Below, in pieces: positions 38,409 to 51,115 of a stretch of 64,000 bases of DNA. Origin of the DNA: Massalongia carnosa (Eukaryota); NCBI GenBank assembly GCA_965645245.1, contig OZ287071.1, forward strand, positions 2,356,001 to 2,420,000, given 5' to 3'. The translations under genes were made by a program, and so were the position numbers. Within the stretch, counting starts at the first letter, position 1; each line of letters begins with the position of its first letter. The notes under the pieces are model-generated. The model had not been told where the DNA came from. It ran no database searches and saw nothing but the letters and a program-made list of their open reading frames with translations.

Positions 38409-39724
38409 TAGTCCAGCGGTATTTATTCTGTTCTGTGATCGACAATGCTAAGCAGCGCAAGTCAGTATTAGGCTATCCTAGCAGAGGCGAATGTTTTTCT
38501 ACATCTTTGCGTTTGCTTTAATAATGCTTGACCTCTCCGTACGCCTTATGAACGAGTGGTCTCATGAGAGGTCAGCTTCTCCTATTCTGTTTCAATATAA
38601 TAAAATGTGCATACCCGTTGATAAATACAAAGCTGGGTCTCAATCTAAGACCATGGGGATATCCTTCAATTCCGCAGATCGACAGCCGGCAACGTCTCTT
38701 TTATGCCTGGATCCATTGGGACAGCGGCTTAAAGAGTCTTTCGTAATTTTTGGAAACCTGCATCGGCGATGACTCCACCCCCTATCTAGGACTTTTAGTG
38801 GCGTGTCGCATGCGAGCAACATCCAATACAAGGCTGCTGATAATTTGCCTGTTAGGCTAATCACAAGGAGTTTGGATGCGCAGCATGATTGCCAAGAGCT
38901 TGTGGGGGCGCTGTCGGGCGCTCGATGTGATCTTCTTCCGTTGGAGTAAAGTCACTATTACTATCTCACATTTTCTTTTGAAATCTACCGACTAATCGGA
39001 TTGATAAGCGTTCGCTTTGTGACGAGATCTCGACGACGGATGTGTCGCCTTTTTTTTAAAAAAAAAATCATTAGACAATGTCTCGTAGGAATACATAGAT
39101 AGGGTTCTAGAATCTGACGACTCCGAAGATTTGCTAATTCGATTTTATCGCTGACACGAAAAGACACATCGACTCATAATGAATGAGTAGCGATGACTGG
39201 ACGCCATGATAAAGTTCTAAGACTTTGTGAGCCTCTTTTGGACAGCCACAAACGAATTGGGAAGCTTGTGAAGTCTGCGCGTGCAACCACACCCCAACGC
39301 TACTCTGTACAAATCCATAGCCTTGCAAGAACGCGAAGAAGGACTTTCTGCAGCCTTGTGGATTGCCTGTAGAGAAACTGTTGCCTACATCCTTGAAGCG
39401 ACTACGGGAAAAAGCCATGGTTTCCCATAGGCGTGATGAGTTTGGATCTTGCGCGTGGGGAAAATATGTGATGATGTTGGCATCTTTAGCCTTCGAGACG
39501 ATAGCCGCATCCAATAAACATGCACCAAAAAGGGGCTTGCGACAGACCTCCCCTTCGTCCGAATGAGTCAATATTACATGGATCAGAGCCTCAACTTGTC
39601 AGCCTGGTTCCTTTCTTTTATTAGCAGAAATTACAAATCCAAGACAAGCTTGAATGTAGCAGCACTCAAACGAGGCCTGCCGCGGCCGGCTTTTTCCCCG
39701 AGTGCTCTACTACATACTTACAGT

Positions 39725-41442
39725 ATGGCGTCTTTCTGCCACGACGAGAGCAGACTTAGGGAGTATGCTCGTCGCGCTCAGTTGCTTGGTCCAGTGTACG
39801 GGTCAGAAGCCTGCAGTGTTGATGTGTTGGAATGGCCGCCAGGTATTTACATTCATCGATAAATCGGAATCCGAATCGGGCAGCTAAATTATCTGTTTGT
39901 TGGAAGTTTCCTTAACGATTGCTTCCACTGCCATTAATATTCCTGCATTATTATTGAGGCAGGAACCTCGACTTCGAATCATGTACTAAAATCCTCTCCG
40001 ATTTCTCCACTGCGACTTAACGGGACCGATAGACTTGCGCCTCTAGATCAACCAAGCCCAAAAAGCTCAGCAGGCCTGCAGCAACTGTTCTGTCACTATT
40101 CCATCCCGTCAGATTTTGTCTCGCAGCGTCTTCAATCCGTGACTCATTCCTTTAACGCGCTCTCGGAGAGGTCTTTACACAGTATGTCGACCACTGTTTT
40201 TGCTCGCGCATAACTACGTTCTGCTAACAAGCAAGTGTAGCGTCGTGGTTTCATTTCCTATGTAAGCATGTTACTGTGATCCGAAGCGAAGGGCAGCCAC
40301 CGAGGGTGGGAGCTCTTCACGAGGCCGGACTGAGCCATGGCGACTGGACTTGGATTCGTTCCGGATTCTATCTAAGATGGAGCAATTGCAACGATCCTCT
40401 GATGTCGGCAGCCACTCTCATTGTGTTTAGCGCCAACCCAGGACTTCGAGCGCGCTTTGAGCAGCTCACCTCGAACTCGGAGTGGACATCTGTTTTGATT
40501 GACCCGTTCAGTCTATACGTGATTGTCTTGGATGAGCTCTGGTTGCAAGCCGAGGGTATTGTACGCGATGTGAGCGACGTCTTTGGGCTGATGGAACGCG
40601 TACGTCCCGGCGGAATTCTTTATGGCTGCTTTCTTCATACTACACGAAGCTAACAGTTCAGACCGCGCTCGATCTCGCCTCAAGCCTTGTAGGAGAGCAT
40701 GAAACGCGTAGAAGCCAGCACGATTTTGCAGGGCTTCATAATATGGCGAAACACATCATCTTCTTGAAAGAGGGGGCGGAAGCCGCGCTGTTGACGGCGC
40801 AGCGATTGTGCGAGCACCACAAGGAGCTTCTGACCGAGCCGCCGCAAGGCGACAGCGCGAAGCCTTTGATGCGGTTCGTGCATCAGATGCTCCTGCAGAA
40901 AGTCACGCAGTTCGAAGGGTGGAAGCTGCGAATGGCGAGCCTCGAGCAGCGCATGCAAAACGTCATTAACCTGGTAAGGGGTGTATTTCGCTATTTCGAA
41001 TGCTTGGATATTCTCACCGTCCAAGACTAAGCTGACAGCTGGAGCTCGTTTTCTAGTCGTTCAACATGGTCACGCAGCAAGATAGCCACGTGATGAAGAT
41101 CCACAGCTCGACCATGAAAGCCATTGCAGCGGTAACCATGTTCTTTCTCCCCGCCACCACAATCGCCGTAGGTCCCCCCTTTTCTTTATTGCTCGTTTTC
41201 CGTCTCGTATCGAACTTCGCACCGAGTTCCCAGCCAGGGAAAACTGAGAAGATTAGTTGCTCGAGGCTAACGTGCAAACCCACCACCCACAGACAATTTT
41301 CGGCTGCCAGTTCTTCAATTTCGACGCCGAGAACCGGAAATTGATCGTCTCGTCGGATTTCTGGATCTTCTGGTGTCTGGCGGGGCCCTCGAGCGCGGTG
41401 GTGTTCGGTTTGTACTGGCTGTGGCCTTGGCGGACCCTTTAA
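39725..41442 (+). CDS. fungal CorA-like domain protein with two C-terminal TM helices, multi-exon (start approximate)
   Basis: Exons: FVSQRLQSVTHSF, SWFHFLCK, WIRSGFYLRW, LIDPFSLYVIVLDELW, LHNMAKHIIFLKE, QRMQNVINL|SFNMVTQQDS..MKAIAAVTMFFLPATTIA|TIFGCQFF...SDFWIFWCLAGP. Confidence 0.8.
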
Positions 41443-42141
41443 TGCTGTGTCGCATATTGGGTTCTGTTATTATTGTTTGCTTGTTTGCTTGTTTTTTTTT
41501 CTTCTTTTCTTTCGCAATCTGTTTAAGGTTTTGCACCATGGGAACGAGATCTATCAGATATCTCTATAATATGTATGAAATATGGACAATCGAATGGTCA
41601 ACGCCTCCACACAACGCTCCTAGCATCACTCCAACCCAGTCCATTCTCTCTTTTTTTCCCTCCTTATCATCATCACCAACCACCCCTTCCAACCCCCTTC
41701 CCCTCCTCAATGTTTTCTTACCGTCACTCCTCTCCAATAAACCCCCTCACAAAAAACCCCCCCCCCGCAATCACGTTACGCCATGCACTTATCCACCCAC
41801 CGCCTACCACATAACCCCTGCCGCCATCCCAACCCCCCCAAACCATTCACTCAATGGCAACGATCCACATTCACATCCATTCCGCTTCCACCCCTCAATT
41901 TCGCATCACCCGCCAAGCCACAAGACACTCCCTTCTACGCATCGCACTCTTTCTTTCTTTCCATGACTAATCCCCAACTCTCTGAACACCCTTTTCGGGG
42001 GGCGCAATTGCTTCCTCCGTTCGTTATATATATTATATACAATATATATACCCTCCCATCCCCTGGTATCGATTGTCTTGTGTACTCTATCAATCTACCT
42101 AGCTATTCCCGATATTTTCGTCTTCGGTATTCTTTCTTCTT

Positions 42142-42273
42142 CAGTCAGACCCTGCGGGGCATTGATGCGCGCTGCTGAAAGCTACGGATACATAGCAAGC
42201 AGCCGCTTCGGCGAAATGCGGTTTTGGGTAAGTGGAGCCGACAAACCCTAGGCCCGCGCCCCGACTGCTTTTT
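42142..42273 (+). ncRNA. candidate structured RNA (unassigned)
   Basis: GC-rich island in low-complexity DNA with nested complementary segments, immediately followed by a TTTTT run. No recognised Rfam motif. Confidence 0.25.
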
Positions 42274-44345
42274 ATTTTTGTAAATTTTTATTCTATTTTT
42301 AATTTTATTCAATTTTCAATTTGGCAGCCTTGGGGGCGTGTGGTAGCAGGCCTGCTTATCGGGAAGGTGCTGGGCAGTTGGAGGAGTGTTATATAAGTTT
42401 TTTTTTTAGCGAAGGGGGGATATGTGCTTGGGGAGGAGTCACTTGAATGGGGTAGTTAGTATAGGCTGGGCTTATTTGAGGTTGTGAGACAGAGGGTGGG
42501 AATCAGGGGTTAGGAGATCGGAAAACGGAAATGGAATGGAATGGAGACGTTGGGGATGGGATGGATGGGTTGGCGCTGGTCTTGGGTGATGAGATTGGAA
42601 TCGTGTATTTCAGGATTTGGATGGAGGGAAGATGGGAGGGAATGGATGGTTCTAGATATCTAGCTTTCTGGATGTAGGTATGTATGTATTTATTTATTTA
42701 TATGGGCGTCTCCTCGTAACATGTATACAGTATCAACATTGCCAACAAACCACCTCTCCAAAGCCAGACCTAATAAGAATCTGTCATTTTTTAAAGAAAT
42801 TCTCGCCTCATCGACGATATGTAATGCCTAGATATTTAACGAGTGAGAATATTACTTTTTTGCTGCCTTTTCAAACCCCACAAAAAACTTGTAGGAATCG
42901 AGTTAGGAGCATAGGGGCATTCCCATGCGGAACTGTATCTCTAGGATCCTGAGATAGTTGATCATATCAGAGAAAACAGTATCTGAAGCTGATTGAATTG
43001 GGGGGGGAGGATGCACTGCCAAATAGATTCTGAATACAAAAGAAAAACCAAAAGCTGCTGGTTACGTATTGAGCGGGAGGAAAGGCCCACGCAAATCCTA
43101 TTTATTCTTTCTATCTTGATCTTGCCTAATTTGCAATAACTGAGACATCGAAAACGGTAGACGTACACGACTGCCAGGTCTCTTATGAGCGGCAAATTGA
43201 TAATACTGAGGGGGTTTCCGCTTTCTGCATGACTGACTTGCTTGTCTGGTGAGGACGTGGCGATGATAAAAGTTTGAGATATATTTCTGAATGCTGTTTA
43301 TCTCGTAGGTAAGCGGGTCAGAGCATGAGGTTTTGGGGGACGCCCGTATAAACTGGGGAGTTGTCTACTACGATTAAGATAAGAGAATAACATGGTTTTT
43401 CATGCCAAGGATTCTTGGGTTGGCTCCGGAGTATTCAGTGATTGTGTAGGGATAGGGGATGGGTTAATAGGACTTGGAGTTGGTGGTATGTATGTATAGC
43501 GTTTCAAAACTTGTTTTTTCTTTTATGGACTATAATGAAGTGGAAAGCTCAAGAAGGGAAGTGGTGGATGGAGGTTACTATGGTTTTTGTATGAATATTT
43601 GATCCTTGAAGCCGGATTAGGGTCTGCCGCTAGGTTAGGAAGAGATTCATCCGTCTTGACGTTCGCTAGTGTCAACGTGATTAAGATATACTATAACGTA
43701 CCCACCACCGCCTTAATCAGATTTTCACAGCGTCCACTTCATAATTGCGAAACTACTCTATAAGCGAGTGGCGATATCGAAGGTAAACGAGTACGAAGAA
43801 AAGCTCGTGTCAAGGCTCGACATTAGCAGAGTATTATTCGAGTGGTTGAGATTCTCGGTTCGGAAATTGAGACAGAAAAGCCAAGGACTTGAAAATGTAT
43901 ATGCAGATCGACAATTGTTGAGGAGATGGCTGCATGAACACTTAGATGAGAATTTGAAGATTGCAAGCTAGAGAAAGATGCGCTGGCTTAAAGCAAGATA
44001 TGAGAGATTTTGGCCTAAGTGTAGGGTTTAGGAGCCCGCGCAGTGAAATTTGCGATGTTGACTATTTTTGTTTATCGGCGTTTTTAATATTGAAAGCGCT
44101 TATGAAACGTTGGGTGCAATATCTAGGCTTGGCTAGCTACTGAAGATGTAAAATAGAAGCTTAAGGGTGTCTTAGACCGCTGGAGGAAAATGCGATAATG
44201 AAAAAGTACATGAAGGGTTTCGTTTCAAGATCAACTCCTAAACATGCTTGCTAAGCTTCAATTATGCGACTCGTTTGACTTTATGCTGCTGAACGTTAAA
44301 CATGAACATCAATACTGTGACGAAGAGATATCTGTACCGTGTTTG

Positions 44346-44888
44346 TCACTCCACCTGAATAGAACCTATCCTGGTAAAATACCAATGCTGACCGGAATGG
44401 TTGTCACTACCCAGAAAAGGCTCATGGGTGTCCGAGTATGTATTCAGATGCTGGGCGGGGCCTGTGAAGTCGTTTGTGAGCTTGAACGAGCCATCTCCCC
44501 ACGGCTTAATGGTCCAGAACTGGCCCGAGTAGAGTCCTGTTGGGGCCAGGTGCAGCGAGCGACTGTCAACTCCGGCATCGTTGATCACGTCGAGGGAGTA
44601 GCCTTCGCCGAGATATTGTGTGCGCAGCGCGTATTTGGATCCATCCTCGAGGGATGCAAAGTGCCAGTGCTGCCCGGAGTAATTGCCCACATCGGCCATT
44701 TTGAGCCTCCCGGAGCCTGTCCCATCGTTAATGACGTCTAGGGCTTGAGTGGGTCCGAGGAAAGAGTTGGTGAGCCGGTAATAGGCCGAGGTGTCGATTG
44801 GATCCCTGGTAGGATTTACGGGGGCTGCTAAGGAGCCCATGCTGATGCAAATAAGAGCAAAGCCAGTGAGACTGTTGTGGAAACGCAT
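44346..44888 (-). CDS. secreted ricin B-type (beta-trefoil) lectin, 180 aa
   Basis: Signal peptide MRFHNSLTGFALICISMGSLA. Three QxW repeats (SGQHW, SGQFW, SGQHW) with LTN/LRT and LDV/LNT elements. Intronless. Confidence 0.88.
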   Translation of the reverse strand: MRFHNSLTGFALICISMGSLAAPVNPTRDPIDTSAYYRLTNSFLGPTQALDVINDGTGSGRLKMADVGNYSGQHWHFASLEDGSKYALRTQYLGEGYSLDVINDAGVDSRSLHLAPTGLYSGQFWTIKPWGDGSFKLTNDFTGPAQHLNTYSDTHEPFLGSDNHSGQHWYFTRIGSIQVE

Positions 44889-47800
44889 TTCACGTTGCTG
44901 GCAGCGATGTCAGGATTTAAGAAAGTAGTTAATCGCGAGAGATATTTTCAAAGGAACTGCTTCCTTATAAGACTTTCTCGTATTGGCTCGTATTGGCTCG
45001 TATTTTGCGCTCAAGGCCAGTGCAGTGCATGCACGCATCAAACCAAAGGTTGAGCAAATCAATTTGCCAGAAAACACATCGATAGAGTACTTTGTACTCA
45101 CTCTGCGACGCAAACATGATACGAGTCCTGCCTTAGCGTTCTCATCCACGCTTGGAAATGACTAGTTCTTCATGTCTGCCTAACTTTGCTTGACCGCTTA
45201 GTTATTTAGAATAGAAACACTTTAGTCTCTGTCGTGCTCCATTGAAATAAATTACTTGAAGCCACGAGTATATTGGAATCCCAGCATCATATGCCAAGGT
45301 GAAATGTCAAAACACGTAACAGAATGAACGCTCTGAGACATAATATGTTCTGCTGAATCATATTTTACTTAACAATAAGTGGATGATCCACATCAGGGTT
45401 ACTACCTAGATGTCTTCATGTCTACTTGCATCATTAGCCTAGAATGAATCGTCTGAGACCATGAGGTTTTCGCTAGTTATTCTTGTTCAGAATGTTGCAT
45501 GTTGCGCAATTTCCAGCGTAGAAAATACTTCGGAGCAAGACGAAAAGAAGCTTTTTCGGCAGAAGGGTGGTCTCGGCCGATGGCGTACTATAAGTAGGTA
45601 GGTATGAAGCATTCCTAAGAGCTCCGTAGTTTAACGATCTCTTAAACCCTTTTTTAGTTATATTCTCGGGTAATTAGCTATTATGAGCTGAAAAGTCACA
45701 TGTAGTTATCCTTGGCACTAATATAGAGGTTTAAGCGCCTTGCCAATGCAATACCTTAGTAATATCGTTGCGGGGGAAACGAACAACTCGACCAACTTAT
45801 CGATGCGCCTGAGAACTTCCCCGTTAACACTGAGCGGTAGGGCTTTTCGCCTCGGATCCAGCGCTGGTATTTTCTCGATGCTGAATGAAAGCCAAGAATG
45901 AAATACGGGAGGTTGAACCAGATCTTGCATTTTGGGGGTAACCTGTCTCAGGCCTCGTATTTATTTTGGGAACACGAAGGACTGATCCCGTATCACCAAG
46001 AGGCCGTTTCGGTTGCGCCGAATACTTGAGTTTTCGGAAAAGAAGGCTATTAGACTACACCATCTATGAAAATTTGCTTTTTCGATCCGCGGGGTTATGT
46101 AGCTCTTTGGTGTAGTCTTTCAAGTCTATTAGCGGCCTTCTGAGACAGTTTGTGGAATGATACAAGTCTAATATTCTTGTCATTCAGACTTATTTATTAC
46201 AGCAAAGTTATTTTAAAGGTAGTCAAGGTTTCTTAAAGGTACGTTAGTGAATGAGCAAAATCGATACATGGATAACTCAGCCTTCGCCTAGAGTACCTTC
46301 CTCGAATAATTCAGTTGGTCTACCTAATGATGTGGTTTTTCTTATCGGTTGGACCCCCTATTGGTCAGATCAACCTTTCGTTGAATCTTCGGCTGGCCCC
46401 AATAAATTGAGTCAGAGTTTTAGGTCCATCCAACCGAGAAGACTATAGGCAGCTAGATATTCACGCTCTGAGTAGGAGTGAAGGTCCTCCTGTCATCCCT
46501 ATGCATTTATCGTTGCTAAAGCCCCACATGTCTGTCATGTCATGCAACGATGAAAGATAAGATGATAGCCTACCCTGCCCTGACCAATAGAGCTCTCCAT
46601 AGTCCGCTAGGCTAGTATTTTCTGTGGCAAGGCAAGCAAAAGGGTTCCGCCGTCAACAGCATACTCCTATCATATAGATGGATGCTTTGACAGATCGAGG
46701 CAAGAAGTTTGCCGAGGTTCAAAAAAGGGCTGGGTATGCAGCCTTCAGGCAGGATGGGAAGACGGAACAAGGAAGCTTCGACGAGTTACTGGCATCGAAG
46801 CGCTTTCTTGGGTCTTGATTGGCCTTTGTATAGAACGCCTCGAATGCAATTAGATTCAAGGACCACTTTTTAATAGCCAAGCTCTCCAGCTTGAATATCG
46901 GTACACTCCGACTTCTTCGTTTTGCCGGCAGCATCTACCGGCCACGTGTGCGGAACTGAATGCTCTCGGAGACCACTCCGCTCATCTTCAAAAACGGAGG
47001 CGTCTTGCTTTCGACCCCGTGAGCTCTCGCAACGGTGGGCTAATTCTTTTGGATTAGGAAAGCCAGGGACGACAGTGTGTCAGCTCACAAGCAAAAGCTA
47101 GCCCGAGGGAATGACTACTATAAGTAGATTACAGGGATGTAATAACGATAGAAGAAGAAGCGCAATGTGAGCCAAGTTAGTGGCTTGTCACATGACTCTT
47201 TGCTACTCCTTTTTGCCCAAGCTAGAAAAATCCACTGCTTGCGACTGGCTTAAAATTTGAGTTTACTTTATTATTAAGGCACTGGCCTCGTATTGTCAAA
47301 GACCAGCCTTAATAGAAGTACGCCATATGTTCTAGGCACAGAGCCCTTACCTCTAGACTGAAATAAAGAGACGCAACACCAATTACTACTGGCTTGCTTG
47401 ACCTGGTAGGGGAGTGGAAGAACCTAAGGGCTATTCTGCGGACATTTATCCATATTCGCAACATGACGCTTCCCTACATCACAACCATTTTCAGCTGCGG
47501 GTGGCTTCAAGAGCGGGAATTATGCACCTTATCTGTTCCATTAATCTTGCGCTGACAAGCGAGGACAACAGCGTTCTGACTGGCCAGGCTCGCATGCAAT
47601 GCTCAAGGACTCGGTTCGTCTGGGCTAAAAGATTCCGGATCGGCACGACAGGCCAACCTTCAGAAGCACGCTCTCTCAGGGGTCGGAAGGCCTGATGTCG
47701 TGCATATTTCTCTCACATGTCACAAATTGTCACTGTACAACCTGTCTACTGAGTACAAAAAGACGCATTGCAACGCGCCTACATGCATCGGTGAAGCTGG

Positions 47801-49272
47801 ATGCAACCTCAGAGCTGTTTGTCCTAACCGATCGAAAATACGAAATGCTGCAGCGTGCTCGAGATGGAATCATCAAGCACATACGTCTTGACGTCAGGAT
47901 ACGCATGGACTTGATTTTTTATTAGGTTTTATCCGCGAACAGACACGTGAATTGGATTGTAGTTAATCTACACTTCTGGCTGAGATTCTTTTCGGTCTAG
48001 CTTGACCACTATTACCACGAGAGGTTGCGAAGACCGTTGGACTGATTCAGACAAAATCAATGTCGACGGCTGGGATCTAAGGAAACTTGATGCATCTGAG
48101 ATTGAGTATACCGCAGCAGTTTTCTTCTTCCCTCTAACGTCAAAGATGACGATGACTTTAAAGTTTTGTTCCTATATCTCCTAGGTGATTCTCCAGGGCG
48201 GCGAAGAGTAACGAGGTGCTTCATCGGACCCAAATTTGTCGTTGTGTAAAAAGCACAATTCAGTTTTAGAATGAACCAAGTAACTCGTATCTATATAATA
48301 CGAGCAATCATTCAAGACACTCATCTTCGTTTTTCTCTTCCCCACCCAACGCAAAATCTCCACCTATGCTTACCTGCCTGTATGGTGTAAACCCTAAGGA
48401 ATCTTACATTAAATTCTCTCGAAAGTTTTCTCCACAAGCACCATCAAAGACAGCGTCGTCATTGGATTCCTTCGAGACATCATCCCAGCACGAACGGCAT
48501 TGATGAGTCTATAGTCGCCTGAGCATGTTTACTCATAGTGTGCATTCAAAAATCTAGTTCCCCTGGACAAACTTCTCCGCGCTCCACCCCTCCTCTCCGT
48601 CCCCCTCTTCTTCGTCTCGGAAGATCGCCGCTCGCAACCACATAACCCAAAAAACAAGTTGCAATCCTCCGAATCGGATCGAATCACCAATGAATTGTTT
48701 ATCTGCGTGGGTTAAGACGAGGCAGGGTTTTTTAATTTTTTTATTTTGCTGAATGAATAATTTTCTGGCTTTTTGTGGTCGATTAGTTAGTTACCTAGTT
48801 ACTCTGTCAATCGAAATCTCCTCCTCTAACTCCTTCCATCTCTCGTCTATCGTTCCGTTGTAGCATAACAGAGCCGTTTTTTTTTTAAAAAAAAAAAATA
48901 CCATTCCTCTAGTTTACGTGCGTACGTACATACGTACGAAAGTTCATATGTAATTCGCGGGCTCCATCGTGTCAGCTGAACATATACATAATTTCTATAT
49001 ATGTTTGGGCAACTCTCCCCTCGCTGCTGCCCTGCTGGCGCTCAGTTTTGCTGAGGGCCCCTCCTATAATGGCTTTGTTTTGGCAGCAGTGAGGGGAAAA
49101 ACTCCATCTACCTATGCGGCTGATTCAGGGAGTGGGTGGGTGGGCAAAAGACCTTTTGGTGCTGAACTCCGAATCAATGGTGGTGATGAGGAGAAGAGTG
49201 CCAAAAGGCCACCTATTTATGCCCTTTCTCTCCCTTGCTTGTCCAACTATTTTGGACATCATCCTCCTTTGT

Positions 49273-49379
49273 CCTTCGGCCTTCGTTGGCTGTTCGCGGC
49301 CTGCCTCCACTCGGTCCTTCGGCTATCCACGGCCTTCAGCCTTCGTCGGCTGTTTCGCAGCCTGCCTCCACTCGGTCCC
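49273..49379. repeat. ~45-bp GC-rich direct duplication
   Basis: CCTTCGGCCTTCGTTGGCTGTTCGCGGCCTGCCTCCACTCGGTCC recurs ~60 bp later with a few substitutions. Confidence 0.7.
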
Positions 49380-51115
49380 GGCATTACCTTTCGCCTTAGC
49401 CGAATTACTAAAATTATGTACATTATGTGTATAAATTTTAAATTCCCGAATCAGATAGAGAGAGCGCTGAAGAGCGGATTGGTGGGTTTTCTAGGGATAT
49501 GTAAGGCAAGAGGATGGGGGAGGACTTGTGGCTATAGTGTGGTTGATAATGGCGAAAATAATACAAAATAGCAACAACAACCATTAACCATTAACCCGAG
49601 CAGGGAATAGACATCCAGAAAAAGAAAACAGGAATTCAGGGAACAATCGAAGAACAGAAGAAGAGAGATGATGACACACAAACGCAAACATAAACGCAAG
49701 AAGCAATACCTACATCCAAATCCCCGATCCCTGGACTCACGGTTAGCAGAGACAAGGAAAGGAAAAGAACAACCGCTCCCCCCCCAAACAACCCCCGAAG
49801 CAGGATCTTGAAAAGGTGACTTCTTCTTATTCCTTTCTTTCTGGTTATTTGTTCTGCTTTTTTATCTCTGCTGATTAAACCAGTAGTTTTTTTCTTCTTT
49901 TTTCTTCTTCCGAAGTTGCATTTGTCGTGTCCGTTTGGGACGGTTGGTTAGTTAATTGTATGGTTGAGTTTATTGAATAGTTGGTTTTGTGAATGGTTGG
50001 GGTAACCGTGGGGTTGATCATGTGGATGGGTGGATGGATAGATTGAGAGGAAGAGAGAGAAGACGTGGAGGAGAGAGAAGAGACGATTGGTGGGGAGGGG
50101 GGGGAGGATGGAATGATTGATGAAACGATGAAAGATGTAAATAACAACTAAAACCTCTTCCCCAAAATCTGTAATCCATCAACGTCTCAGGTCCCAGGTC
50201 CCAGATCCACATCCACGTCCGAGATCCCAACATCCGAATGAGGAAAATTACTCACCCACTCGCTCATCCACCTACCCACGCATCCACCCCACTCATTCAG
50301 AGAGTTTGCATTGCGTTTTATGTATGTACGATATCTGAAAATAAGTCATTTCTCCTTCGCTTACAGGTGAAGGGAAGGAAAGTGGTGAAACGAACGGAAC
50401 GGAACAGGGGGGGCTTTCTTTGACTTTGGCGTTGAGTATGAGCGTGAGTATATGTATAGGAAGGGAGGAAGGGACAAAATTTCGGAAATGGCTGGAGTGT
50501 TTCAATGTTTCTGCTTGCTGTTTCCTGGGGTATTTTGTGGGGAGATTGAAAGCTGCTCGACGTCATGAGGGAGACAGGCAAAACGCTGCATTCTCGGATA
50601 ACGAGGCCCTGTGAGAAACGAGAGCGAAAAATGAAAAGAAAGTAAAGATCAATCCGACGCCTCTTTCCAATGCTTCCACCGCTCAACAACCGTTGCAAGC
50701 ACCAGGCCAGTTTGCAAAGCGAAGCGCTCACGCTATTCACCATGGATTGAGAAATTCCCAGCCCGATCTAGGAAGCAGGCGCCAGTCACCGCTGTTAAAG
50801 TCGTCCCATTGTGGGAAATCCCACTGCTTCCCCTCAGGCGTTCTGAGCACTCGTTGTTCGCAGCCCCGGCCGAAACCCATTCGCTTCCCTCGCTTGTTAG
50901 CTTCTTAGGTCCTCTAGACCATGCTTTCGCGGCATGGGTTGTGCCATTTTAAAGGGGAATGGAGGGGGAGGAGATGACTCGAAACTTAGACTAATGGTGG
51001 CGCAGCACTGTTGATCCTTCAGAGCATCGCAGGCATCGATTGAATCACTATCAACGGCTAAGGTACGTGCAAGGTCAACGGAAGCATAAGCCTATAAGTT
51101 TTTGACTGGAACCTT

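Noticed and set aside
41373..42178. Pro/His/Ser-rich ORFs (197, 131 aa), and similar ORFs at 49875-50743 and 61442-61793
   Set aside because: Translations of low-complexity C/T- or G/A-rich intergenic/UTR sequence with no domain features.
42200..42221. Hammerhead ribozyme (stem GCCG-ctt-CGGC followed by GAAA)
   Set aside because: The required CUGAnGA core is not immediately 5' of the stem.
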